DNA from: Cycas panzhihuaensis
Taxonomy: Eukaryota; Plantae; Cycadophyta
Assembly (NCBI GenBank): GCA_023213395.1
Contig: CM041465.1
Location: 76,639,741-76,703,740 of the forward strand
Length of the DNA stretch: 64,000 bases
Direction: 5' to 3'
Made by a program: the position numbers and the translations under genes. The stretch's first letter is position 1, and every line of letters starts with the position of its first letter. Positions 35,901 to 49,200 of this stretch are shown in pieces. The notes under the pieces are model-generated. The model was not told where the DNA came from. It saw only the letters and a list, made by a program, of their open reading frames with translations, and searched no databases.

Positions 35901-36711
35901 CTTTGGTCTGATTTACGGTTGTAGCCATAACGGCAGAGAACTCGTTTGCGAGGACAGTGCCAGACCCAGACCCAGCAGCAGCCGCATCGGCTTTCAAAGC
36001 TTGGCAATGGCCCGCCATTAGGTTACACCGCGCACTGCTTTCGCGGGGTTCATGCTGCATACCCCCCACCTCAGTTTCGGAATTGAAATTAGGGTGAAGG
36101 CAAGGCACATCCGCATCACAATGTACATTGCACGAATTCAAGACGTATCCCCCGGGCAACGGTTGCAGAAAGCCATCTCCTGTTTTATCCGTTCCGACGG
36201 ACTTTTTGTATGGATAGACACCCAATTCTCCATCGATCCGGCACCGGAAATCGGCAAGCAAACACTTCAATCTCGCGATCTCGGCTTCAAAGGCCGCCTG
36301 ACCCTGCAACCGCCTCATCAACTGCTGGTTGAGAGCGGTCAAATGCAACACCTCCTCCTCCAAGCAAGCAGTGCGAGCCTTCTTCTTTTCCCTGTATTTC
36401 CTAACAGCCTCTCTGTTTCCCGCCGGCTGCTTCTTCGGCTTCGAAGAGCTATTTTGCGGTGACTCGGCGGTGTCCGCAAATTTCTCTTCATCGGGAGCCG
36501 CTACAATCTTTGTATGGGTGTGGAAACAGGTATGAGTGTGCACATTATCGGGGCCGGGAGGGTTGCAGGTGTGGGTGTGAGTACAGGCATGAGTGTCCTT
36601 GAGGATCTCCTCAAAAAAGCTCTCCATGGAAGAGCTACTGGGAAGATTATCCGCCATATTTGTATCTGAAAATACCTCATGATTCGAGAAATCAATCTCC
36701 CCGTCATCCAT
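35901..36711 (-). CDS. bZIP23: Group F bZIP transcription factor (bZIP19/bZIP23-like zinc-deficiency regulator), main coding exon; unspliced ORF runs to 35872
   Basis: MDDGEIDFSN start; Cys/His zinc-sensor motif HACTHTHTCNPPGPDNVHTHTCFHTHTK (36508-36591); basic region GNREAVRKYREKKKAR plus zipper; C-terminal NSCNVHCD..VPCLHP. The ORF is intact and CpG-rich, unlike the flanking repeats. bZIP19 versus bZIP23 orthology cannot be resolved. Confidence 0.96.
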
Positions 36712-37296
36712 TCCGAGTTCAACCTCTTTTAAGTAGAGTGCTGCAATAGCGAGCTACAAGCTGGGGCGTAAGCACGCAGTTTTCTGACCATTTAACCCCA
36801 AATCTTCCGATCCCAACCATACACGCGTCAAACCCCTAATATGTCTTATCAAAATGTTCATCATAACGATCCCAAATCGGAGGAAAAATCCAGACTTGAC
36901 CGTGCGGTTCGAGTATCGAAACAAATTCCCATTTTCGCCGACGGTCCAGCAGCTCCAGGTAGCTGCTATGCTCTGTTCGCATAACAAACAAAACTCCACA
37001 TCCTTTTTTCTTTTTTTAAAATTTGTCCAAGCTACCAAACACTAGATATGATGTCGTCCATTCCTCTGATGGGAGCCTTGGTGAACTACCCAAAGTGTCA
37101 CGACTCTGATACCTGCATCTCTGCAAATTTTACAGTTATTTTAATTATTCTGCTTTCGACAACTTGGATTGACGACGATTATGACAAGGGGTAAAATATA
37201 ACCTGCTAATAATAAGCGGAAGTAGCCATTCTTTTGGAAAACACAATTAAGCAATAGCCAACATAGATGGTTTCAGTAGTTATTTTTAAGAACCCT

Positions 37297-37306
37297 ATGT
37301 TGACAT
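37297..37306. promoter_or_regulatory. ZDRE-like element ATGTTGACAT (one mismatch to RTGTCGACAY)
   Basis: About 590 bp upstream of the bZIP ATG, overlapping the near-palindrome GTTGACATCCGGATGCCAAC. Confidence 0.3.
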
Positions 37307-39229
37307 CCGGATGCCAACTAGCAGCCCGCTATTATGGTCCCTTTTTTGGGTCAATTTTGTCATGTTCGTTTTCTTGATACTTGGGGCAGAGGACATAACG
37401 ACGACACCTGTTGGTCTCACTACGATCTCATGTGATTACCATAAAATTTAAAGCTCCTACGGTTTACTAGGGCTAGTCATAAGGCCACACCCATAGAGGC
37501 ACTTGGGTTGTGCGCATGTGTGTTGTGGGACCCAAAACTTGTGGGTTTCTATTCCCACATGGAAATAAGGACCTCTATATCTTGATGAATTTACACTTTA
37601 ATTGAAGTCTTTTATGAGTATTTGCTTATTAATTATTAACAATTATTGTCAAAATTTAGAAGTCCATTTCTTATAAAGTCATTCAACTTGCATAAAGAAT
37701 GCAAGCCCTTGTATTATAAATGGATGTGCTTTGTAACAGAGAACTTACTCTCTCACCTTAAAACACTCAAGCCCTCCCCAATTCTCCTCCATAATGTAAG
37801 TTTGCTTTTTATGGTCATGCACTCAGCTTTGACTCTCTTTTTTCACTAGCATAACCTTTATTTATCCATCGCAAAACATTACTCTCCTCTAAGAATGTCC
37901 TTTGTGTACCCCATAGGATTTAATCATCACATGTTTTCTCCTAGATTACGAAACAAAACCAGGTGAAAACAATCTACTCAAAATATATTAATAAATAAGA
38001 AGTGATAAAGACTACCATATATTAAGATTAACTCAATAATAGATTAATACTAAATAATAACTCTTATGGATGCTCCTCAAAAGCCCACTATAATTAACTA
38101 AAATAATTCTAGTTCTTTTTTTAAAAGGCAACCTCTTAAACAACACAATTCTTCTAGAAGAAGAAGGCAAAAAGAAGGTAGAAATTTGATATATATAAAT
38201 GAAAGATTTTGGGCAATTATAGTCATATATCTTTTAAGATGACCCTTAACTCTTCATTGCACTAGCTTTCTATTCATCTCCATGACCTTTCATGTAGCTT
38301 TTTGCCTTAACTCCTCACTTCACTAAGTGCCTCTTTATATATTGTAATCTTTTATATGGTCTTATGTGGATTATTTAAGGAGAATTGAAGTTGGATATGG
38401 AGTTATACAAAGGCTTCCTAATAAGTCTCCCTCTCTTCAGATGATTCAACCTTACAACATCTAAATATGTAGATATTATTATTAAAACATATGACTTTTC
38501 CACGTGCCATTTTCTCTTGATATAGTTCTTCGTTTCATCAAGTACTTAAAGATTTATTTTGTTATGAGGTTTTATGTATTAATGTTTATGATTGCTTCCA
38601 GTCCCAAAACCTTCTTCCCTTTATCATCTAATTCATATAGGTTTGACTATATATGGACCCCACTCTAATTTCCTTCTTTAAGAAAGATATATAAAAAACA
38701 TCCTATATTCAATTATGTTTGATAAGTTCAAGGCCTAAATCACTTCACCCCCTTGCCTTTTGACTTGATCTAAACCTTAAAATTTAGTGATATACTTTAT
38801 TTCTTAGATTCTTTTATCAAAAATTACTTGTATGGTTATAACCTTATCTTGATCCAATCGCCTATCTAAATTTCCTTTTTAAGTTGTACTAGTTCTCTTA
38901 TTACTTCATCCCATTTGGTGTAGTGTATATATTCCCTTTTAATAGCAATATACCTTTAGTTCATTAACATAAATGATGTCTTATTGATGGTGTCTTAGTT
39001 TCTTAGTTAAGAAACTTTTTATGGATGGTGGCCTATATCCATGTTAGGTGGTAAAAGGGACAATTTTAGTAAAGTCATAGCATGTTATGACAACCACAAT
39101 TTTACCAATAAAAGTGGCTCTTACAGTACTTGTGCTAACACGGGCTTAACTTATATAAATAATAGAAATATGAGAGTGATAGGTTGATTAATTAGGGGAT
39201 TACTTAAATTGGCATAAACTACTCAATAT

Positions 39230-40689
39230 GTCTTAATAAGTGTATTTAAATAAAGAAATCCAATATTATTAGAGGGAGTTGATGCATTGATTTGAAGGCA
39301 TTCATAGCCTTTAAAAGGCCAAGACCTCTTATGTACATTTAATTAAATACATAAAAGGATGATGATTTGCCATATATTGTGCATTATTATATCTCTGCTT
39401 CTCTCATCCTCCTCCTTATATGATGAATTCCTACTTACTTGATGTCATTGATTGCTTGTTATAGTTGCTTATCTGTCGAAGATGTTTGAAACCTAATTGC
39501 TCTAGTATTTGGTATTATTGATAATAGTTGTGTTTATCTATTGTGAGTTTCATCTGTATTCTTTCAAACACTTCTTCATGACTTCAATATGGCCATCTAT
39601 TTATGGATTATAAACTATACTCATAGCGAGTTTGATTCCCATTAACTAAACCATCTCTTTTATAAAAAGTGTTAAAAAATAATGTGCATTTCATTATTAT
39701 GTATTTCATTATGGGCACCTTACAATGTTAATAATGTGTACTTTTTATCAGTAAGCTAATTAATTAAAAGGATTAGTTGCTTTCTCCACCTTACATAACT
39801 TCCTCAATTCCTTAACACACTCTATAAATTGAGGAGTGAATCATTGTCTCATGAATGGTTTTCAAACTAAGAACTTTGAGGGTGATTGCATTAGAGCTTT
39901 AGAGTATGTATGAGTGTATATTACAAATGACTTAATACAAGTAATCTTCATTAATTTCACTTCTATAGTTTATCATTCATTCTTGCTCTCCTTTGAGTTT
40001 CAATAAAGTCCCATTTAATGTTTCTCTTACACAGTATCAAAGCCTATGGTTCGTTGTATGAAATTATTCTCAGTTTCTTATTTCAAATTAGATCTTTGGG
40101 GCATTATTAGTGTTATGAAGTGGTTCTTTGTGAGTTTTATAGATCCTATATAAACCCGTAAGGATTTCGAATGGAAAAATGAGGCATTTTTTATAGATGG
40201 GCAACTTTGAGACACGTGGGCATTCAAAACTCACAAGTTTTTACAGTTTTTGATGTTATAGAATTATTCTAGACTCATCATAGACCAATTTTACATTAAT
40301 CATTGCTTTGAAAATGAGATTTTTTTTCCCCTCATTTTACCTCCAAACCACACTTCAACTTTATTTTTTATCATCTTCGATTATTTTTCACTCTGTATGA
40401 GGCTACAAATGCGTAGATCATGGTAAAAAACCTTAGAATGCATTATCTATTTACTGAAGTTCATTAAGATAATTCAAAATAATTCAAGCAACCTCTCAAG
40501 CTACAACCACTATCAGAACATATGTTGGATTGACCTCTACTACTTCAACTATGACAACCAAGGCATAAACAACTAGGAGGACAAGGATAGAGAGGTATTT
40601 ATGATTATTAGTGCATCTATTACAAATGAACTCATCACATATCTACAAGGAAAGACAGCATTTATTATGATGGAATTAGAGGATAGAGG
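39230..40689 (+). mobile_element. Old copia 5' remnant (LTR-like region, decayed PBS, gag fragment)
   Basis: CAGTATCAAAGCC at about 40032 resembles PBS TGGTATCAGAGCC. Gag-like DREVFMIISASITNELITYLQGKTA near 40586-40660. The left boundary is uncertain. Confidence 0.4.
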
Positions 40690-41518
40690 TGTTGGGGTTA
40701 ATGTTCATTTCACCCTAATGAAGTATACATAATGTTTAATGATGTTGCAAGACTGCCACAACTGACTTCAGCTGTTCGAGCCATCAAGTACATATTTTTT
40801 ATTATTTTTTAAATTCTAAAAATATTAGTTGATAACAGACTCCCTCCCAACATCCCAATTATGAATAAGAGGTTTTAGACCCAATGGTATTTCTGAACAT
40901 CACCTCTATTTTAGATATTGGTTAATTTTTCATTATGGCGACTATATAGTCTCTTTGTTATATCCTCATTGTCCTTCATTTGGTATTAGAGTGATTAGTT
41001 TTAGCCACGATTGGTTTCAGAGCATGTAGAATATCAAGACAAACTTGCATTACAATTATTTGATTATATTTATTTTATTTTTCAATAGCTTTATATACTT
41101 TACATTGAAATATTATTTATATATGCATATTTTTGGCTTGTGCAATCAATACACTCAATATTTTTGCAAATTTTTATAGATTTTAGGTGGATACAACCCA
41201 ACAATGATTTGAATTAGTTATTCATAAGGTTTGATTAAAATATTTTCATATTTTATTTAGTTCTCACTTTTTTTTTTAGGATTTTTCAACTTACTAATCT
41301 TTGGCAAGCTAGTGCTCCTCCATCATTGAGTCGAACCTCATCAAGTGACTACTCATTTGAATCCTTATCAAGTCCTCTACGCACTAGATTAGATGGTTCT
41401 GGAAATCATTACTTCTACACTGAGAAATCTCTCCCAGAAGCTTGCCTACTACTCTGCCCTATGGAAACCCCAGTGGCATTAGTATAAAAATGAATAAAAT
41501 CACTTTGTTTCTCTATAT

Positions 41519-41862
41519 TGTTGGGACTAACCCCAATGTCACTAAAGAACTGTGTGCCTAGGGCCCCTCAAAGCCACCTTTGAGGCCCCCTAGGGCACCT
41601 AGAGCCTCCCAATAGCCACCTAGAGCCTATATAACTTTATTAAGGTATGTACATTATTTATTATTGTTATTTTTTTATATTATTTAAATTATTTATTAGC
41701 TAACGTGCAGGTTGGGTGATGGCACTTGCCGCCTCCCCAAAATTCTATTTAAGGGGTAGGAATATCACCCTGGTGTTTTTTAACATCACCAACTTTGGAA
41801 ATCACTTGTTTACTCAAGATATGTGTAATCTAATATCCCACTCCACTTCTCTGAATCTATCA
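41519..41862 (+). repeat. 5' LTR of element A
   Basis: Direct repeat of 50457-50800, followed by the iMet PBS. Confidence 0.95.
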
Positions 41863-42092
41863 TTTGGTATTAGAGCCCAAAGAGTTGGTTGATAATTGTT
41901 TATGTTGATCTAGCTCTTCATATGTCTAGCAAAAGTGCAGCATATGACTGCTTATTGGAAGGAATCTTAGCAAGCCCATCTGTCTACTGGAGAAATCAGT
42001 TCAAAGTTTCGACTACTATGAAAGAAGTTCTCGTCCTCTAAAGTCAATCCTCTACAAACTTGTTACAATTGCATTACTGGGTTCTTCATGTT

Positions 42093-42295
<203 letters not shown>

Positions 42296-43601
42296 TTAAT
42301 TTTTTTTCTTTGATATACCTTCTCCAGTATATTTGAAAGATTTGGTTTCGTTTGTGACTCCGTTGCGTGACTATACTCTTCTGTTGTATACTCTTCCATT
42401 TTCATTTCTCTTATTTATTCTATTTGTGTTTCAACTCTATTCAATATTTAACAATAGTCTGCACATTTTATACTCGAGTATTTCATTTGGCTTATGAGAA
42501 GTGATCCCACCATTATAAAGTTTGAATCATCTTATATCTTACGTCTGTTCTATGAACTTCAACCTCTACTGGTACATGATAAGGAGAGCTCTCATCATAG
42601 TAGATTCATTCATTCCTTCAACTTTTTTGTTTCCTTGACTTTCCTTAGGAACTCGCAGCCTGTCATTCCTAGCATATAGTATTAAACTTGAATGCAGTAT
42701 TGCAAGCAGATTATGGTTGTTCCTTACCCAAGCCAAGGATCTCCAGCACACTTGTGGCACTGTCGACAGTAGTCACTTTAAAGGAATCGATTTTCACACA
42801 AGTTGTTCGCATGTCCTATTGGATTGGAAGCTATGACACAACGTTGCATTGGGTAGTTTATCGACACAGGATGTCTCATTCGATTTCTCTACACATCTAT
42901 TATTTAACAGGAGAAACATTCATAATCTCAAGCATGCCATTGGTTTCATTGCTTTGATTGCCACATGTTTACCCTCTGTATTTCCTTTTAGACCTCTTCT
43001 GGTATATTTTACTAGCCCGAATGTGATTTTCCTTTGCAGCATTGTCATTTGAACGGTTTTCATGAGTTTTATAGCCCGGTATCCTCCTTTTTCTAATTTC
43101 TAAAAAAACTTGCCCTTCAACCACGAAAGCTTGGTTAGAAGGCTGAGAATTGATAGGAGGAACATCTAAATAAGTAAACCCAATTCTTTGCCTCTTACTT
43201 GACTACAACTCTACTCCCATATTTTAGTTTCTGCTATAAGATTCAAGAAATTTATTGGCTTTGATCATGATGCAACTAGTATATCTATATATTGAGATGC
43301 TCACATGGTACAACCTCAGCGGTTCTATAACTTGTCAAAACCAATCATTACCTACAACCATAAAGACTCTTTGCTAACTAACTAGACTCAGTCGTCACTT
43401 TCAAGTTTCAACCCACTAGGAATTATTGCTGCAACTTAGAACTGCCCCCAACACAAAGCGAGCTCCCTCTATAGGGACTGAAACTATAGCCAGTGCCCAA
43501 CTGATTGCTCTGAACATCTTTGTATTAGATCTAGAAAGAGATGGGATTAAAGCATTGACGACGTAATTAGTTGTTTACGTAGTTTAAAAAATAAATAAAT
43601 A

Positions 43602-43608
<7 letters not shown>

Positions 43609-43671
<63 letters not shown>
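43609..43671. repeat. Interrupted (AT)n microsatellite
   Basis: Seen directly. Confidence 0.97.
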
Positions 43672-43673
<2 letters not shown>

Positions 43674-46228
43674 TATGAAATAGTGAGTTGATTTCCTCGA
43701 CTAATCAGTTGAGAATATTTATGCGATTGAGTCACCCTCCTATCCATGATTCAGATTTGATCTTTTAGATCAATTTTTTCAATCAATTTTTTTATTTTCT
43801 TAGTTGCGCAGGTCAATCAATTAACGGTCGCATAACTTGTGTTGAAATATTGTATTTTTTATAAAGTTGATTTTAAATTTAATTAAATTTTATTGCAATT
43901 TAAATTTTGGGGTTTAAAAGGCTTAAGCCCCCTTTAGTCTTAGCCCCTGATCACATTCTTTTCCACATGACCCTTTGTTATCTTATTAAAAGGACCTTTT
44001 AACTTTATAAATATTTTTCTTTTTTATTTTTTATTTTTACTTAATCCATATGGTACTTGGCTAATTTCTTTAATATCTCTTCACTAGGGTATCAGTTTTT
44101 GACAAAACCTTTCCCTTTGAGTCTAGAATTTTCCGGGGTATAATTTAGACTGGCTATTTACCATATTTGGAGCTGATTTAACCTGTTTCTAATCAGTTTA
44201 ATTCAATTATTAAAAAAAAAAACCTTTTTTGGATTATTAACATAAAAAATACTTTCAACTATTTTCATTATAACGTTTTTGTTTCACATCAGAATTCTGA
44301 TCCATCAATTTTGTTGGGAAGCTAACTTATTCCCCTTCGAACTAACAAAGTTATTATAAATTTTAAAGTGTTCTTGCATATTTTCAAAACCATCAAATTT
44401 GAAGTACATAAAAGCTTTTAATTTGTCATTATTGCATATTTTTATACATTATTTCTCAAGTTTATTAACTGAAAAGCATATTAAGCAGCTCTTCAAACTA
44501 TATTTGATTATTTTACATTATTCTATAAAGTTGTTTTACTAGTTTTTCATAATCTTTTGAGCCCAGGCTCCTGTTAAGCCGAAAAAAGAGGACCGCATCT
44601 TTTATACATTAAAATCGTGACTTATAGGAACCCATTCTCAAAACAATTAGTTCTGTTGAATAGATATTTTATTGATCTTCAAATTAGTATAATCTTACCT
44701 TAATTTGATATTGTTTACTACAACTTTAAAGATGATCAACTTGAGCATTCAAGATATCCCAATAGACTTGTCCTCTTAACCTTTTTTAAGGAGTTCTTTC
44801 TTTTATTTCTTACTGATCACTTATAATACATGTTTGAGACTTTCATTTAACTTTTATATAACTTCTTTTAAGATGATTTGTAGTAGAAATTGGTCATATA
44901 CATCTAAAGTAAGTGACAAACCAAGAGGTCATGCAACCTAAAACGGGTACAATTCATCCTTTTGAAGTTTCTTCTTCACATTTTTCATCTTTCTAAAGTG
45001 AAAATATACATATATATTTCAGATTTCCTACATTATACATTTTCATCAAGACAAAATGATTTCTTGCATTGAAAAAGAAGGTCATTTTCTTGTTTAAGTT
45101 TGTGTTTATTCATTTGAAAAATCAAAAGCTTAAGAATTCTTTATTTTTTCCATCATCAAAAGTTTTATTTCAGATCTGCATAGTTTAAAAGATCTCAGTG
45201 ACTTTCTAAATTTGCTCATATAATCATTATATTTCAAAGTATATCTGAAATTATACCTTATAAGTTCGTCAATTTATTTTAAAGGCATATACTTATTGAA
45301 AGTATTTTTTTACTTATCATTGTTGAAAAGTTTATTTACTTGTTGTACTTATAAAAGTTACATCTAGTTGGTAATACAATTTACTTTCTAAATGTATTTT
45401 TCACTCTTAAGGGCATTGCATTTTTTTAAAAGTGATTACTTGCACATTTCTTTCAAGCGCTCATTATTTATTTCATCTTGCTTAGAGGTTATATTTTTTC
45501 ATTCAAGTTACCTTTCTTTTTTGCATAAAATGATTCTTTAAAAAAACCCTAAGCAAGACTACACTACTAATAAATTTATTTTTCACATTAAAAAAGATAA
45601 TCTTAAATTGAACCACCCCCTTTTTCCAGCCTTGTAAGGGGAACGATTAGGAGCCTTGAAGTTACCACCTCGCACACGTTAATTGGCCTACTCATATTGG
45701 ATGAGGATAGCTATTAGTTATTGGGTGTATTTAGTGATAGGCTAAGGTGTAGAACCTATTCTTTTTATGGTGTTTGGAGACCAAGGCTAGACTTGGAGAG
45801 GGTGAGTGCCTTGGTTTAAAAACCTTCACCATTAGATCTGTCGCTAGGCATAAGTCCAGCACAGGTGGACCAATAACTTAGGGGGGTGTAAAAACCTTCT
45901 TAGTAGCCTATGTACTGAGGTATATAGAGCCTAGTACTCATGTACTAATATATTGGATCCATGTTTTTCCATCTGTGGCAGGCGCCACTAGACAGGATAG
46001 TAACCGAAGGTTACCCTAGGAGAAACTTAAACTTAAAGTCTAGTAACCTTAATAGGTACTAATTCACTTATTCAAACTTTGGGAAAAACCTTGGGTTATA
46101 CTTGGAAGCAAATTTTATACTTAAAATATTTTTTTCAAAACTCAAATTAATTAATTAATTTTTTATATTCAAATTCTTTTTTTTGAAAACTTATTTGTCA
46201 TCTTTGATTAACAAAACTTTAGTTGAAG

Positions 46229-49200
46229 ATGATGTTTAACTTTGGGAATATGATTATCTCAAAATTTGATGGAAATAATTTTCTAAATTGGAGTAAGAGG
46301 ATGAGACCCATCCTTATAGATAACGACATGTGGGAAGTTGTAAAAACAGACTACAATAAACTAGAATAAAATCCATCTAATGCAGAAAATGTTACCTACA
46401 AGAAAAATGTTAAAAAGGATAATGAAGCCTTAGGTCTCATCTTCTGTATACTAGAAGATCATGTGTTCCCAAGAGCTAGTGAATCAGTTAAGTCCAAAGA
46501 AGCTTGGGACACCTCACAGCTAATATATGAAGGAGCAACCTTTTCTAAATTACAGAACTTAAGGAGTAAGTTTGAAAACTTACATATGATGCCAAATGAA
46601 TCAGTAACAGAATTTATGACCAAAGTATAAGATATTATAAACCAAATAAGATCACTTGGAGATACCCTAACTAAATAAAGGGTAGTTGAAAGGATCCTTA
46701 GATGTGTTGGAGCTTTAAGATGTTTTGAAATAGTGGCTACTAGTATCAGTGTATTAAAGGATCTAAGTACTCTCAAAGCAGAATAACTTAATACCATGTT
46801 TATGTCCATAGAAGAGTAGCAAAGTGTAAAAGAATCACTAGAACATGCCTTTACTACAAAGACCTGCATTCAATCCAACTCCCAAGTAGAGACCTCAAGG
46901 TAAAAGGAATCTTTTCCAAGAAGAAAAGGTAGAAATACTCGAAGGGATACTAGACAAGACCCTCCACAATATCAAACCCCTCATCAAATGAGGTAAGGAA
47001 GACCCCAACAACATGAAGATCCTATAAGAAATACTAATCAAATGAGACAATTTAAGAATTATCCTTGTTGTCCAAATTGCCAAGGGAATTTTTAATATTC
47101 AAGGTCAAATCAGGTATATCGAGACAACCCTCCTCAATCTTATGAGGGAATGGGGAGATCTTTTAATATTGATTGTTCTCATCCAAGAAGTCAAACCCTA
47201 AGTTATGGAAGAAGAGATCTATTGTATTGCACTTATTTCCATAGAAGTTGTCACATTGAAGATAAATACTTCTCAAAACATAGACCACCATCTAGAGGAC
47301 ATGCTCAATATACATCTGAATCAAAGGTTAATAACATGTTATTTCTATCCAATTTTTCTATTAAGGAAGAAGATGATGATAACTGGTACATTGATTCAGG
47401 TTGCTCAACCCATATGACCCATAAAGAACATTGATTTCAGACCTTGAATAAAAACAGAAAAATATCAATCATGTTTGGAGACAATACCTCCCATGAATCA
47501 GTTGGGAAAGGTAACATAGCTTTGATGACTAATATAGGTGAATATAGACACTTAGATGATGTCCTATATGTCCCTGCCCTAAGGAAAAACTTGTTATCAG
47601 TAGGACAGATGATGGAACAAGATTACAAGGTGATTTTTTATAATGGCAAATGTGTTATTAAAGATAAGGGAAAAAATAAAGCTATTGTTGCCAAAGAAAA
47701 AATGACTAAGGATCGTTTATTTAAGCTCATCATCACTTCTTCAGATACCTATGCCCTTAGAACGTCAACTACCTTAGATAGTGATTTGTGGGATAGATGG
47801 TTTGGTCATCTTAACTACAATAGCTTGGCTCTTATGAAAAGGTTGGATATGGTTAATGGCTTACTACATATTGATGTCAATAAAAACTTGTATGAGGGAT
47901 GCCTTCTTGGTAAACACCATAGAGAAAGCTTTCTATATTATAGCCATCAAGCATCTGCCCCTCTTTAATTAGTATACACAAATATTTGTGGACCAATAAT
48001 TATTCCCTCCTTAATAGGTATAAAATATTTTCTCATATTCATTGATGACTTCACAAGGAAGACATGGGTTTTCTTTCTAAGATATAAATCAGATGCTTTT
48101 GATTACTTTGTTGACTTCAAAACCTTTATAGAGCGACAAAGTATATATTACATCCTATCTCTAAGATCAGATAATGGTGGTGAAGGGGAGTTTACATCTA
48201 ATGCTTTCAAGGACTATTGTATCCACCATAGGATCAGGAGACAATTCACCACCCCCTACATCCCACAACGAAATGGTGTAGCAGAAAGAAAGAATCGAAC
48301 TATCATTGAAATGGCAAGATGTATGCTTAAAGATATAAATATGGCCCATGAATTATATGTTGAAGTAGTTCATACAACCATCTACTTACTCAATAGATGT
48401 TCCACCAAAGCGCTTAGGTGGAAAATTCCAGAAGAAGCATGGACTAGTTATAAACTAAGTATACATCATCTCAAGGTATTTGGATGTCTAGCATATGCCC
48501 ATATTCCTGATCAAAGAAGAACCAAGTTGGATGACCATAGTGTCAAATGTATCTTCATTGGCTATAGTGAATCTTCTAAATCCTACAAGGTCTATGATCC
48601 AAAATTAAGAAAAGTTATGGTGAGTAAAGATATCAAGTTTTAGGAAGACACCTACTACCAAGATAATCAGGAAAAGAAGAAGGAGATTGCCATTAAATTT
48701 GACACATCATGTAAGTCCAAATATGTGCCTCCTATGTGGATAATTATCCAAGAACCAATTAGGGAGGGAACTTCATCTCAACCTCCACCACAACAACTAC
48801 CCAAATGGGTTTAACGTAACCATGACTTGGGAAATATCTTGGATAATAATAGAAGATCCACATACTCACATAGGGTCAACTTTGCCCTAATGAGCAAGGT
48901 ACTCGAAACTCATGAGCCTCAAACCTTTGTTGAGGCTAATCAACATGAATGTTGGCAGAAAGCCATGGAAGAGGAATATAAGTCTATTATTAAGAATGAT
49001 ACATGAGAACTCATTAACTTACCACCAAAGAAGAAAGTTATTGGCACCAAATGGGTCTATAAGACCAAGTTCCACTCAGATGGTTCTATCGATAAATATA
49101 AAGCTAGATTGGTCATAAAAGGATATGCTCAAAGAGAAGGCATAAACTATATAGAAACATATGGCCCTATCGCTAGGATAGAATTTGTTCAAATGATGAT

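Noticed and set aside
36052-36722. Extra ORFs overlapping the bZIP gene (136, 68 and 73 aa)
   Set aside because: They are shadow frames of a GC-rich coding exon with no recognisable motifs.
42759-42770. ACTGTCGACAGT palindrome containing the ZDRE core
   Set aside because: Both flanking positions mismatch RTGTCGACAY, and it lies about 6 kb from the gene inside a decayed retroelement.
45551-46060. Hammerhead ribozyme or retrozyme in the conserved leader block
   Set aside because: I found no CUGANGA plus GAAA core with matching stems.
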